Shown here in pieces: positions 47,298 to 57,485 of a stretch of DNA of 64,000 nucleotides. The stretch is from an uncultured Candidatus Saccharibacteria bacterium (GTDB taxonomy: Bacteria > Patescibacteriota > Minisyncoccia > Phycocordibacterales > UBA9973), in assembly GCA_964645245.1 (NCBI GenBank), contig CAZYBS010000002.1:18161-82160 (forward strand), in the 5' to 3' direction. The translations under genes and the position numbers were made by a program. Under the pieces are notes generated by a model. That model saw nothing but the letters and a program-made list of their open reading frames with translations, was not told the origin of the DNA and did not search any database. Each line of letters starts with the position of its first letter. Within the stretch, counting starts at the first letter, position 1.

Positions 47298-48119
47298 CTA
47301 CAAACAAGCTGGGTTGATGGCTAAAACATAGCCATTGATTAGATTAAGAGAGGGCACATAGGCATCCCCCAAGAAACCTTTGATGTCTTCATCTTTTATC
47401 AAAGTTTTATATTCTTCCATAAAAACTCTCGCGAGCGGCAAGTAGGACCAATGCCATTTTTCTTCATTGTAGCCGGTCGGTCTGATACTACCTTTTAAGT
47501 TATAAGTCTGGCAAAAGCCGAAACGGTAAGCATTTTGAGCGAGCCATTCATATTCCTTTTCACCTTTTTCCGAATCAAAGTATGAAAGATTTGCATCGTT
47601 GATATCTATCTCGGTGCCCCAGTGATGTCTGGATGTGCCCGGCACGGCGCTGTATTCTAATATTTTTTTGAATCTTTCCTGTCCATCAGGAATTTCAATA
47701 CTTAGATTTTGTCCATCAACAAATGTGGCTCCAGACCACTTGTTATCCCAAATGTTTTTTTGATAAATAAAGTTTCTGGTGGCGGAAGCGATTTTTAAAT
47801 CTATATTGTCAAGGTCTGCAGCGCTTCGCATTTGCAAATATGCTTCATACGTTTCTTTTCTTAAGTACATTTTATTCTTTTCCTGTCCGCCCACTGCATA
47901 TTGCGGCGGGATCAAAACAAAATCTTCCCTTTGTGCCGGGTCAAATTTGCCCGTCAAATAAATTTTTTCTTTTTCATTTAAATATTTCTGATAATTTTCT
48001 TCATTCTCTTTTTTCTGTCTCAGGTTCAAGAAATCCGAAGTAAAGTAAGGTGTGAATATAAGAAATACTAAAGAGAAAGTTGCCAGAGATAATGTAATTT
48101 TTGAAATGTACTTTTCCAC
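47298..48119 (-). CDS. M15B D-Ala-D-Ala carboxypeptidase (VanY-like)
   Basis: SATR, SAVPGTSRHHWGTEID, EKWHW; N-terminal TM. Confidence 0.9.
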   Translation of the reverse strand: MEKYISKITLSLATFSLVFLIFTPYFTSDFLNLRQKKENEENYQKYLNEKEKIYLTGKFDPAQREDFVLIPPQYAVGGQEKNKMYLRKETYEAYLQMRSAADLDNIDLKIASATRNFIYQKNIWDNKWSGATFVDGQNLSIEIPDGQERFKKILEYSAVPGTSRHHWGTEIDINDANLSYFDSEKGEKEYEWLAQNAYRFGFCQTYNLKGSIRPTGYNEEKWHWSYLPLARVFMEEYKTLIKDEDIKGFLGDAYVPSLNLINGYVLAINPACL

Positions 48120-48173
48120 TTAAAAACAATAACATATTGACACATTTTAATCAAAAAATGCTATAGTTTATAG

Positions 48174-49226
48174 ATGTATTTGGACTTAGTTAAGATTTTT
48201 GTGCCGACTGCTCTAGCCTTTTTTCTCGGCCTTTTATTTACGCCAATTGCGACCCATTTTTTCTATAAATATAAAATGTGGAAAAAGTATTCTAGAAACG
48301 CCGATACTGTTGCAGATTTCACAAAAATACACAATGAAAAAGAAGAACTCCGGACGCCGCGCGTCGGCGGGATGATAATCTGGATTTCCGTCCTTTCAAC
48401 GACACTTATTTTTTATTTAATATCAGTTTTATTTCCCTCGGCCAACAGTGCTAAAATGAATTTCCTAAGCCGAAATCAGACCCTGATACCCCTTTTTACG
48501 CTTCTGGTCGGGTCACTTATCGGACTTTGGGACGATTTTATTCAAATTTATGGGACAAGCAAATTTGCCCGCGATGATGCTTCTTGGCGCAAATGGAAAG
48601 CTTTTCTAGTGGCATTGATGTCTCTTTTGATCGGTCTTTGGTTTTTTTATAAATTAGGCATGACCTCGTTGCATGTTCCATTTATCGGAGAAATGTATTT
48701 AGGTATTTTAATTATTCCATTTTTTATAATGGTTGCGCTGGCGACTTTCTCCGGAGGAGTGATTGATGGAATAGATGGGCTCTCCGGAGGAGTTCTAGCT
48801 TCCATTTTTGCCGCCTACTCGGCTATCGCCTATGCCAACAATCAAATAGACCTTGCCGCCTTTTCGGGAGTTATCACCGGAGCGAGCCTGGCATTTCTTT
48901 GGTTTAATATTCCGCCGGCCAGGTTTTACATGGGTGAGACGGGCATCATGGGACTGACCATTACTCTAGCGACCCTGGCATTTTTAACTGATTCAGTTTT
49001 AATTCTTCCGATTGTCGCATTGCCTCTGGTCCTAACATCCGGCTCAGTTATTTTACAAATGTTTTCAAAAAAATTAAGAGGAGGCAAAAGATTATTTAAA
49101 CTCTCTCCGATCCATCACCACTTTGAGGCAATTGGCTGGTCATCTTATAAAGTTACCATGCGTTTTTGGGTTTTATCAGTCGTCTTTGCCATTATTGGTA
49201 TAATTTTAGCAATTATAAGCAGATGA
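48174..49226 (+). CDS. mraY: Phospho-N-acetylmuramoyl-pentapeptide transferase
   Basis: TPRVGG, DGIDGL, FYMGETG, PIHHHFE. Confidence 0.95.
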   Translation: MYLDLVKIFVPTALAFFLGLLFTPIATHFFYKYKMWKKYSRNADTVADFTKIHNEKEELRTPRVGGMIIWISVLSTTLIFYLISVLFPSANSAKMNFLSRNQTLIPLFTLLVGSLIGLWDDFIQIYGTSKFARDDASWRKWKAFLVALMSLLIGLWFFYKLGMTSLHVPFIGEMYLGILIIPFFIMVALATFSGGVIDGIDGLSGGVLASIFAAYSAIAYANNQIDLAAFSGVITGASLAFLWFNIPPARFYMGETGIMGLTITLATLAFLTDSVLILPIVALPLVLTSGSVILQMFSKKLRGGKRLFKLSPIHHHFEAIGWSSYKVTMRFWVLSVVFAIIGIILAIISR

Positions 49227-49269
49227 CCCTTCGACATGAACTCAGGGTCATGGTGAGTAACATCGAACC

Positions 49270-50373
49270 ATGAAAGAAAAAAAGATAGACAGATTTTTTT
49301 TAATAATCGTCGGCCTTCTTATTACTCTTGGAATTGCCATGTTTGTTTCCGCCTCCTTGGGAATTTTAGCCAAAAATGAAAAGATTTTTTATTCAGTGCT
49401 TTTTAGCCAGTTAGTTCTGGGTCTGGGTGCAGGACTGCTTGGCCTGTATATTTGTTTAAAAATAAGCTACAAGTTCTGGCGCAAATATGCTTTTTTTATT
49501 TTCTTGGGAGCAATATTGCTGACGGCGTCGGTTTTTATTCCTGATTTAGGCTGGAGTCATGGGGGAGCATTAAGATGGATAAAACTCGGACCAGTATCTT
49601 TTCAGCCAGTGGAAATTTTAAAATTTGGCTTTATTATTTATTTTGCCGCCTGGTTGTCTTGGGCTAAAAACAGAGTGCAGGATTTTAAATTCGGAATTTT
49701 ACCACTTTGCGTAATGCTGGCAATTATCGCTGTAATTTTGCTTAAACAGCCTGATACTAAAAGTTTTATTTTAATTGCCCTGACTGGAATCTCCATGCTT
49801 TTTATTTCCGGTGTTCCGATGAAATATATTTTAGGCGTCGGAGCCGTGGGTCTGCTGATTCTAATATCTCTGGTATTTTTTACGCCGTATCTTCAAGAAC
49901 GGGTAAAAACTTTCATTGATCCGTCACAAGATCCGCGAGGGTCTTCTTACCAAATTCAGCAGTCGCTCATTGCCCTGGGGTCGGGCGGAGTATTCGGGCG
50001 GGGGTTTGGGCAAAGTATTCAAAAATTCAGTTATCTTCCGGAGCCGCAAGGGGATTCTATTTTTGCCGTTTTGGGCGAGGAGCTCGGTTTCGTCGGGGCG
50101 GTAGGGACAATCATGCTTTACCTATTGTTTGCCTTGCGCGGATTTCGCGTTGCTAATAATTCCCCGGACCTCTTCGGTAGACTTTTGGTCTCCGGAATTG
50201 TTATACTGATTACCGTGCAGTCATTTATGCATATTGCTGCTATTACCGGAGTTTTTCCGCTAACGGGAGTGCCTTTAGTTTTTATGAGCCATGGAGGTAC
50301 TTCACTGATGGTATATCTGGCGGTGATGGGTATCGTGCTACAAGTATCAAAATATAACAAAAATCAATCATGA
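49270..50373 (+). CDS. ftsW: SEDS peptidoglycan polymerase FtsW
   Basis: RWI, FQPVEILK, QPD, YLPEPQGDSIF, SHGGTS; located between mraY and murG. Confidence 0.93.
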   Translation: MKEKKIDRFFLIIVGLLITLGIAMFVSASLGILAKNEKIFYSVLFSQLVLGLGAGLLGLYICLKISYKFWRKYAFFIFLGAILLTASVFIPDLGWSHGGALRWIKLGPVSFQPVEILKFGFIIYFAAWLSWAKNRVQDFKFGILPLCVMLAIIAVILLKQPDTKSFILIALTGISMLFISGVPMKYILGVGAVGLLILISLVFFTPYLQERVKTFIDPSQDPRGSSYQIQQSLIALGSGGVFGRGFGQSIQKFSYLPEPQGDSIFAVLGEELGFVGAVGTIMLYLLFALRGFRVANNSPDLFGRLLVSGIVILITVQSFMHIAAITGVFPLTGVPLVFMSHGGTSLMVYLAVMGIVLQVSKYNKNQS

Positions 50374-51500
50374 AAATAGTTTTTACAGGCGGAGGGACAG
50401 GCGGGCACTTTTATCCGATTATCGCTGTCGCTCAAAAAGTCAATCAAATAATAGACCATGAAAATATACTAGGAGCCAAGCTTTATTATATTTCCGACAG
50501 CCCCTATGACAAGGAAATGCTTTTTGAGAATGGGCTTTTATATGAAGAAATAAATACCGGCAAAATGCGCACTTATTTTTCCCTGAAAAATTTTTCCGAT
50601 ATTTTAAAAGTTTTTTTTGGCGTTATCAACGCGCTTTTCAAAATGTTCTCAATTTATCCGGATGTTGTTTTCGGCAAAGGCGGATATGCTTCATTTCCAA
50701 CAATTTTTGCCGCCAGAATTTTACGTATTCCCGTGGTAATTCACGAATCAGATTCCGCTCCCGGCCGAGTAAATAAGTGGGCTGGTCATTTTGCTAAAAA
50801 AGTCGCTGTTTCTTTTATAGAAACGGCGGATTATTTTCCGAAAAAAAATGTTGCTTGGATGGGTCAACCTATCAGAACGGAAATAGAAAATCCCGCTTTA
50901 CGCAAGGAAGCGCTTGAATATTTTAAACTAGAGTCAGACCCGCCGGTTATATTAGTTTTAGGAGGTTCTCAAGGCGCCGAACTTATCAATAACACCACTT
51001 TAGACGCGCTGCCCAGACTGGTTAAAAATTATCAGATTATTCATCAAACGGGCGTCAGAAATTTTAAAATGGTTACGGACAGAGCCGAAGTTGCACTAAC
51101 TGACAATCAACATAAATTAAGATATTTATCTGTGCCTTTTCTCAGTCCTCTGCCTCTGAAAATGGCTGCCGGCGCGGCAGCTATCATCATTTCCAGAGCC
51201 GGTTCAATGTTATTTGAAATAGCTTCTTGGGGCGTGCCATCTATTTTAGTGCCGATAACAAATACAAATATGGACCATCAAAAAAAGAATGCTTTTAATT
51301 ATGCTCGGGCGGGAGCTTGCAGTGTAGTTGAGGAGATGAATATGACGGCTAATATTTTAAGTTCAGAGATTGAAAGAATAATAGAAGACAAAGCGGGCTA
51401 CAAACAAATGGCGCTAAACGCGAAAGCCTTCAATAAACCTGACGCTGCTATGAAAATTGCCCGCGCCTTAGTAAATATGGCTTTGAGCCACGAGAAATAA
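50370..51500 (+). CDS. murG: MurG glycosyltransferase
   Basis: GGGTGGH, GKGGYAS, HESD, GGSQGA, SRAG. Confidence 0.96.
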   Translation: MKIVFTGGGTGGHFYPIIAVAQKVNQIIDHENILGAKLYYISDSPYDKEMLFENGLLYEEINTGKMRTYFSLKNFSDILKVFFGVINALFKMFSIYPDVVFGKGGYASFPTIFAARILRIPVVIHESDSAPGRVNKWAGHFAKKVAVSFIETADYFPKKNVAWMGQPIRTEIENPALRKEALEYFKLESDPPVILVLGGSQGAELINNTTLDALPRLVKNYQIIHQTGVRNFKMVTDRAEVALTDNQHKLRYLSVPFLSPLPLKMAAGAAAIIISRAGSMLFEIASWGVPSILVPITNTNMDHQKKNAFNYARAGACSVVEEMNMTANILSSEIERIIEDKAGYKQMALNAKAFNKPDAAMKIARALVNMALSHEK

Positions 51501-51516
51501 ATGCTAAAATGGTTTT

Positions 51517-52845
51517 ATGCGGGAAAAAGTTACAGAGAAAGTTGTTACCCGGATGCCGCCATCGCCGACCGGATTGTTTCATATTGGGTCTGTCAGGACC
51601 GCTCTATATAATTATTTATATGCCAGGCAGAATGGTGGGAAATTTATATTGAGAATAGAAGACACAGACAGAGAAAGATCAAAAAAAGAGTTTGAAGATA
51701 ATATTGTTGAGTCTTTTAAATGGTTGAAAATGCCGTATCAAGAATTTTACCGGCAATCGGAAAGAACGGAAATTTATAAAGAATATTTAAAAAAATTAAT
51801 TGAGCAAAATTTGGCTTATATCTCTAAAGAAGAGCCAAAAGACGAGGGCGAGAGGGGAGAGGTCATAAGATTTAAGAACCCGAATAAAAAAATAAAATTT
51901 AGTGATTTGGTTTTGGGTGAAATTGAATTTAACACGACTGATCTTAAAGATTTTGTTCTGGCGAAAGATTTGGATACTCCGCTTTATCATTTTGCGGTAG
52001 TGGTGGACGATATGGAGATGGGAGTAACTCATGTGATCCGCGGACAGGACCTTATTTCCAGCACCCCAAGGCAGATTTTAATACTAGAAGCCCTGGGCGG
52101 GGAGAGACCTCAATATGCGCACATTCCTCTTATCCTTTCTCCCGACAAGTCCAAGCTTTCCAAGAGGCATGGAGCTTTGTCAGCCTTGGAATATAAGGAA
52201 ATAGGATATCTACCAGAAGCTATATTAAATTTTGTTGCTTTGATTGGCTGGAATCCAGGCACTCCCAAAGAAATTTTTACCTTAGAAGAGTTAACGAAGG
52301 AATTTAGTATAGAAAAGATACACAAGAGCGGGGGAGTATTCAATATTGAAAAATTAAACTGGCTCAACAAAGAACACATCAAATTGCTTCCACCAGAAGA
52401 AATAGAAAAGAATATTCTTAAGTATTTGCCGGACAATATGCGCAATCCTAAACTTGTCCCTATTATTTTTGAACGGATTTCAAAATGGGGCGATATAAAA
52501 GAAATGGTTCAAAGAGGGGAGTTGGATTTCTTTTTTAAACAACCGGAATATGGCAAGGAAGAATTTAGGGAAAAGCTTGTTTATAAGAATTCAGGAATGG
52601 AGAAAACTGTTCATAATTTAAAAATAGCGATTAAAGCACTGGAAAACTTAGATGAAGGAAACTTTACCGCCGAGAATATAAAGAACACTTTAATGTTAAT
52701 AGCCGACGCGCAGGCTAATCGAGGCGAATTATTGCATCCGGTGCGTTTTGCTCTCTCTGGAAAGGAAAAATCGCCTGATCCGTTCATAATAGCTTCTATA
52801 ATAGGAAAAAATGAAACTTTATCACGCTTACAAAAAGCAATTTAG
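51517..52845 (+). CDS. gltX: Glutamate--tRNA ligase
   Basis: PSPTG, HIGS, LRIEDTD, KLSKR. Confidence 0.96.
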   Translation: MREKVTEKVVTRMPPSPTGLFHIGSVRTALYNYLYARQNGGKFILRIEDTDRERSKKEFEDNIVESFKWLKMPYQEFYRQSERTEIYKEYLKKLIEQNLAYISKEEPKDEGERGEVIRFKNPNKKIKFSDLVLGEIEFNTTDLKDFVLAKDLDTPLYHFAVVVDDMEMGVTHVIRGQDLISSTPRQILILEALGGERPQYAHIPLILSPDKSKLSKRHGALSALEYKEIGYLPEAILNFVALIGWNPGTPKEIFTLEELTKEFSIEKIHKSGGVFNIEKLNWLNKEHIKLLPPEEIEKNILKYLPDNMRNPKLVPIIFERISKWGDIKEMVQRGELDFFFKQPEYGKEEFREKLVYKNSGMEKTVHNLKIAIKALENLDEGNFTAENIKNTLMLIADAQANRGELLHPVRFALSGKEKSPDPFIIASIIGKNETLSRLQKAI

Positions 52846-54094
52846 CATAATAGTTTTGATAATTCTCCTGATAGCTCCGACTGTTTTTACTTATGCGCAA
52901 ACGGCCCTGGATCTGCAAAATAAAATAAGCCAAAAAGATGCCGATATAGCCAAGCTGGAAGAAGAAATAAAAGCCTATCAAATAGAACTTGATAATTTAG
53001 AAAAACAAAAAAGTTCTCTGTCCGGCTCGATTAAGCAACTTGATTTAATTAGAAAAAAATTAGTAGCTGATATAAACGTAACTCAAAAAAAAATTGATAA
53101 AACAAATCTTAAAATACAAAATTTAAGCTCCAACATAAGTAATAAACAGGATATTATAACCAACCACCTAGAATCTATTAAGTTGGAGATTCGAAAAACC
53201 AATGAATTTGAACTTGAATCTATATTGGAAACTATACTGTCGGAAAATGATTTTACAATAATTTGGAACGATCTAGACAACATAGTTACTGTTCGGGAAA
53301 AAATTAGAAAAGATATAATTAAATTAAAGCAGATAAAAGGTGAGTTGGAAGACACTAGAAAAGAAACTGTTAATGCCAAAAATGAACTTACCAGGCTTAA
53401 GTCCAAGCTTTCGGATCAACAAAAAATAGTAATACAAAATACCAATGAGAAGAATAGACTTCTGAAACAGACAAAAAACAATGAAACCAATTATCAAAAA
53501 CTACTCAAAGACCGAATCGCCAAAAGGGATGCGTTTGAGCAAGAATTGCGCGATTATGAAGCGCAACTGCAATTTATTCTGGATCCGTCCAAGCTGCCTT
53601 CCGGCGGGGTTTTAAGCTGGCCATTAGAAAAGATATTTATAACTCAGCTTTTTGGCAAAACGGTCGATTCTAAGCGCCTTTACGCTTCTGGCACGCACAA
53701 TGGCGTGGACTTTCGTGCGTCTTTTGCTACTCCGGTTATGGCTATGGCAGATGGCCTGGTCTTGGGTACAGGGGACACAGATTTAACTTGTTCCGGAGCC
53801 TCTTTTGGAAAATTTATTTTTATTAAATACAATAATGGACTTTCCAGTACCTTTGGTCATCTTTCGCTGATAAAAATGGGTGAGGGAGATCAGGTAAAAA
53901 GAGGGGAGATAGTGGCTTATAGTGGCAATACGGGTCACACGACGGGCCCGCATCTGCACGTTTCTTTATACGCATCGGAAGCGGTTAAAATGGAGTCTAG
54001 GCCAAGTAAAGCTTGTGATGGGCGTGTTTATAGATTGCCGGTTGCGGCGGTGAACGCTTATCTGGACGCGCTGTACTATTTACCTCGTTTATAG
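52811..54094 (+). CDS. Coiled-coil M23 peptidase (EnvC-like murein hydrolase or activator)
   Basis: Signal or TM segment, long coiled coil, HNGVD and TGPHLH motifs. Confidence 0.9.
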   Translation: MKLYHAYKKQFSIIVLIILLIAPTVFTYAQTALDLQNKISQKDADIAKLEEEIKAYQIELDNLEKQKSSLSGSIKQLDLIRKKLVADINVTQKKIDKTNLKIQNLSSNISNKQDIITNHLESIKLEIRKTNEFELESILETILSENDFTIIWNDLDNIVTVREKIRKDIIKLKQIKGELEDTRKETVNAKNELTRLKSKLSDQQKIVIQNTNEKNRLLKQTKNNETNYQKLLKDRIAKRDAFEQELRDYEAQLQFILDPSKLPSGGVLSWPLEKIFITQLFGKTVDSKRLYASGTHNGVDFRASFATPVMAMADGLVLGTGDTDLTCSGASFGKFIFIKYNNGLSSTFGHLSLIKMGEGDQVKRGEIVAYSGNTGHTTGPHLHVSLYASEAVKMESRPSKACDGRVYRLPVAAVNAYLDALYYLPRL

Positions 54095-54109
54095 TATAAT
54101 CCATAGATT

Positions 54110-54277
54110 ATGAAAAATATTATGAGAAATAAGAAAGGGGGTTTTTTACAATTAATAATAATTATCGTTGTCGCTTTTCTTTTATTGCGTTATTTTAATA
54201 TTACCGTAGCTCAAATTTTAGGTTACGTATCTCAAGCGATTGATTGGCTCAAGGGTCTGTTTAATAGTGTTCAATAA
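54110..54277 (+). CDS. 55-aa small membrane protein with prepilin-like N-terminus (not in ORF track)
   Basis: MKNIMRNKKGG|FLQLIIIIVVAFLLLRYF...; TATAAT just upstream. Confidence 0.6.
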   Translation: MKNIMRNKKGGFLQLIIIIVVAFLLLRYFNITVAQILGYVSQAIDWLKGLFNSVQ

Positions 54278-54345
54278 ATAGCCTACCGGAATATGTTTTA
54301 GGTCGTATAACGACCCAAAACATATATTGTGCGACGTGGTATATT

Positions 54346-54702
54346 CTATCTGCAGGAGCTGGAAAGCTCATACCCTGCCCGCTCGGCTTCTTCTCTAGTT
54401 GCAAAATAAATTTTGTTTTCTTGTTTAATTATTTTACCGGCCGAGCAGCCGATGGAATAATATTTGCTTCCCCTGTTTGAGGCGAAAAAAGTTTTGCCGG
54501 TTGAAGATGAAAGAATATTCGCTTCTTGTTCGCTATTTTGTAATAAGTATTCTTTGGGATATTCTATTTTTATACCCGGGTTTTCATTCCCCTTAGATAG
54601 TCTGCCTAGCCCGAATGAGCCCAAACCGACTAAAATTACGATGATAACGATTAAAATGTCTTTCCCCTTCTCGCTTTCCAAAAATAACTTGATTTTTTCC
54701 AT
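54346..54702 (-). CDS. Membrane-anchored protein with Ada-metal-binding-like C-terminal domain
   Basis: TM plus FASNRGSKYY..GC...I...N.IYF.TREEAE.AGY...C. Confidence 0.75.
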   Translation of the reverse strand: MEKIKLFLESEKGKDILIVIIVILVGLGSFGLGRLSKGNENPGIKIEYPKEYLLQNSEQEANILSSSTGKTFFASNRGSKYYSIGCSAGKIIKQENKIYFATREEAERAGYELSSSCR

Positions 54703-54768
54703 AGAATTGTTATACTCTTAATTGTTTTTATTATAAACTAGAACCTAGAACCTAACAACTAATTTACC

Positions 54769-55041
54769 ATGGCACATAGAAAAGCCGGCGGAACGGCCAA
54801 AAACTTAAGAGATTCAAATCCCAAATACCTCGGTATTAAGCTGGCGGATGGCCAAAAGGCCCAATCTGGCTCTATTATCGTCCGCCAGCGCGGTACGGTC
54901 GTTATGGCGGGCAATAACGTCTCTATAGGCCGTGATCATACCCTTTTCGCTCTCAAGCCCGGCACCGTCAAATTCGGCTCTCGTCGCAAGATTTCCTTCA
55001 ACGGCAGAATGATAGTAAAAAAAGTGGTGAATGTAGTATAA
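54769..55041 (+). CDS. rpmA: 50S ribosomal protein L27
   Basis: [28 protein letters not shown]. Confidence 0.98.
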   Translation: MAHRKAGGTAKNLRDSNPKYLGIKLADGQKAQSGSIIVRQRGTVVMAGNNVSIGRDHTLFALKPGTVKFGSRRKISFNGRMIVKKVVNVV

Positions 55042-55047
55042 TACTAG

Positions 55048-55180
55048 CAACCCGCCTTAGTTCGTTCGTTTCCTTTCCGGGCCTAATTGTGAGGGAATCG
55101 GATGGATTTCCTTACTCTGGTAGTCCCCTTTGCCCTGCTCCCTAGTCTCCTGACTAGATTCGAGCGGGGCTTCCTTTTTA
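55048..55180 (+). ncRNA. Candidate structured non-coding RNA ending in a terminator-like hairpin
   Basis: TATAAT at 55036-41; GC-rich segment without an ORF; gccctgctc/gagcggggc stem enclosing ctagtc/gactag, then T run. Confidence 0.3.
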
Positions 55181-55246
55181 TACAAATTATTTTCCACTTT
55201 AGTTTAATAAAGTCGTTAGACTGGAACTTCTTGATCAAAAGGTAAA

Positions 55247-55789
55247 TTAATTGATTTCTTTTAATAATTCAGGTATCGTATCAACCTTTTTACCAAAGTG
55301 TCCTCTATCATCAAATTCTAAGAATTTTGCATTTAAACCTTGGGCATTTTCCTCCCCTGCCTTAAATGGTACCCATTCATCGTCACGCGAATGAAGAACA
55401 ACAAAATTATCGCAATGCGATTTTATTTTTTTGAAATTATATCCCTCCTTTGTAAAAAAGCCCTTACTGTTTTCCGTCTCGTTCATCTTTTCTGAATTTC
55501 CTGAATTGGTTCCAATTAAAATAACTTTATGGACTTTTCTATTTGTAGGAAGTTTTTCCAACCATCTTAGAATAGCAACACCTCCGCGAGAGTGTCCAAC
55601 TAGAATTGTATCCTTATCTGGGTTTGTTTTTTCTAATATTGAAATCCATTTATCAATATTTGGATCATGAGGATCGGGTAATATGGGAGAACTAAAATCC
55701 ATTCCTAGATTTTTAATTTCTTTTGCAAACCACGGATACCATTTCTGGTTTGGATCTGTATCTTTGCCATGCATTAAAGTTACTTTCAT
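55247..55789 (-). CDS. RBBP9/YdeN-type alpha/beta hydrolase
   Basis: HG, GHSRGG nucleophile elbow, DDEWVP, GHF. Confidence 0.9.
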   Translation of the reverse strand: MKVTLMHGKDTDPNQKWYPWFAKEIKNLGMDFSSPILPDPHDPNIDKWISILEKTNPDKDTILVGHSRGGVAILRWLEKLPTNRKVHKVILIGTNSGNSEKMNETENSKGFFTKEGYNFKKIKSHCDNFVVLHSRDDEWVPFKAGEENAQGLNAKFLEFDDRGHFGKKVDTIPELLKEIN

Positions 55790-55792
55790 AAT

Positions 55793-56236
55793 TTAAATTC
55801 CTTCCACTACTAGCCTAAACGAAGATTTTTTGTCTTTAATGGAAATCGGAATTTCGAACTCCCCTACTGCTTTAATCGGTTTTTCTAGAACGATAAATTC
55901 TTCGCTAATGTCCGCATGATGCTCAGCGTGCATGGCTTCCATGATTTCTTTTTTATGAATTGCGGAAAAGAGATGCCCTTGTTCATTGGCTTTGCCTTTG
56001 ATGGTAATAGTTTTGCCTTTTATTTCCTCTAAATTTTTCATTAAAAGATCTTCTTGCACTTCCCTTTCCAGTATGATTTCCTTCTGGCGCATTTCCAGCT
56101 CGGCTATGGCTCTCGGCGTGGCATTTTGCGCCAATTTTCTGGGCAATAAAAAATTCATGGCATAACCGTCATTTACTTCTTTGATATCATACTTTTTCCC
56201 TACCCTGGGCACGTCTTTTAAAAATATTACTCGCAT
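55793..56236 (-). CDS. rplI: 50S ribosomal protein L9
   Basis: MRVIFLKDV...GYAMNFLLPRKLA. Confidence 0.97.
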   Translation of the reverse strand: MRVIFLKDVPRVGKKYDIKEVNDGYAMNFLLPRKLAQNATPRAIAELEMRQKEIILEREVQEDLLMKNLEEIKGKTITIKGKANEQGHLFSAIHKKEIMEAMHAEHHADISEEFIVLEKPIKAVGEFEIPISIKDKKSSFRLVVEGI

Positions 56237-56252
56237 AATTAGGTTCTAGGTT

Positions 56253-57476
56253 CTAGTGACTAGGTTCTAGTAATAATTGAACTGCTTTATCCATCTGCGG
56301 GTCCTTTTTACTTTCTAAATCCTTTTTATTTATTTCCACGAGGAAATCCGGAGTCAATCCTTCTTCGGCAATCAAATTTCCATTCGGCGTAAGCCATTTG
56401 GCCACCGTAATTTTCAAAAGGGTATCCGGAGTGACTTTCACCGTTTCTTGTACCGAGCCTTTGCCAAAACTTTTATCACCCACTAATTTGGCGCGTCCGT
56501 GGTCTTGCATTGCGCCGGCGACAATTTCCGATGCCGAAGCGGACCCGCTGTTTATCAAAATAACAAACTTCAACTTATCATTGAATATATTATAACCTCT
56601 GCTCCTGAATATTTCCGGTTTTTTGTCATCGCCATAGTCTTCGGTCACAATGGTTTTCCCTCCCGGCAGGAACCAGCTTGATATATCAACAGCCGCGTCC
56701 AAATACCCGCCCGGATTTCCTCGCAAATCCAGTATTAGCTTGTCGGTTCCGGACCGGGCAAAGTTTTGAATTGCATTACGGAAAAGATTGGCCGAATTAG
56801 CCGAAAAACTATAAAGCTTGAGTACAAAAATGCCATCTGGCCGGAGTTCCGTATCCAGAGTCGGTATGTTGATAATATCTCTGACAATTTTTATTTCTAT
56901 CGGGTCCTTGTCTCCTTCGCGAAAAATCGTGAGCATGACCGTCGTGCCTTTTTCTCCGCGAATTAATTTAATTGCCTTTTCAATGCTCAAGCCGGCAGTG
57001 ACTGTTTTATCAATTTTCAGAATTTTATCACCCGGCTTGATATTTGCCCGATAAGCGGGGGTGTCTTTAAGCGGAGCGATAACGGTCAGTACTTTATCTT
57101 TTATACCAACTTCCATGCCGACCCCGGTAAAATTACCGGCTATTTCGTCTTCAAATGATTTTGCCTCGTCCGGATTGAAAAAGACGCTGTATGGGTCATC
57201 TAAAGAGCCCACCAGGCCCGAAATAGCCCCATAAATTCGGTTCTGATCATTTATTTTGCCAGCTTTTGGATATTTTTCGTTAATGGTATTCCAAACTTTC
57301 CAAAAAGGAGAAAAGTCTGCCTTGGTTGCGACTTCCGTCTGCTTATTGGAGAGACCCATAACTTTATCTATTTCGGGACGGTTATGGTTGCCGATATAAA
57401 CGCCCCCCAAAAAAGTAAGAAAAAATAGAGCGACGGACAGAGTGACATTAGTGATGTGTCTTGTTTTATCCAGCAT
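56253..57476 (-). CDS. S41A carboxyl-terminal processing protease
   Basis: DPYS, PDZ domain, LDLRGNPGG, SASASEI, FGKGSVQ. Confidence 0.95.
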   Translation of the reverse strand: MLDKTRHITNVTLSVALFFLTFLGGVYIGNHNRPEIDKVMGLSNKQTEVATKADFSPFWKVWNTINEKYPKAGKINDQNRIYGAISGLVGSLDDPYSVFFNPDEAKSFEDEIAGNFTGVGMEVGIKDKVLTVIAPLKDTPAYRANIKPGDKILKIDKTVTAGLSIEKAIKLIRGEKGTTVMLTIFREGDKDPIEIKIVRDIINIPTLDTELRPDGIFVLKLYSFSANSANLFRNAIQNFARSGTDKLILDLRGNPGGYLDAAVDISSWFLPGGKTIVTEDYGDDKKPEIFRSRGYNIFNDKLKFVILINSGSASASEIVAGAMQDHGRAKLVGDKSFGKGSVQETVKVTPDTLLKITVAKWLTPNGNLIAEEGLTPDFLVEINKKDLESKKDPQMDKAVQLLLEPSH

Positions 57477-57485
57477 AATTAGATG

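Noticed and set aside
55050-55172. tRNA or canonical SRP RNA
   Set aside because: No cloverleaf or T-arm; the SRP-like words lack the GNRA-capped stem. Kept only as an ncRNA candidate.
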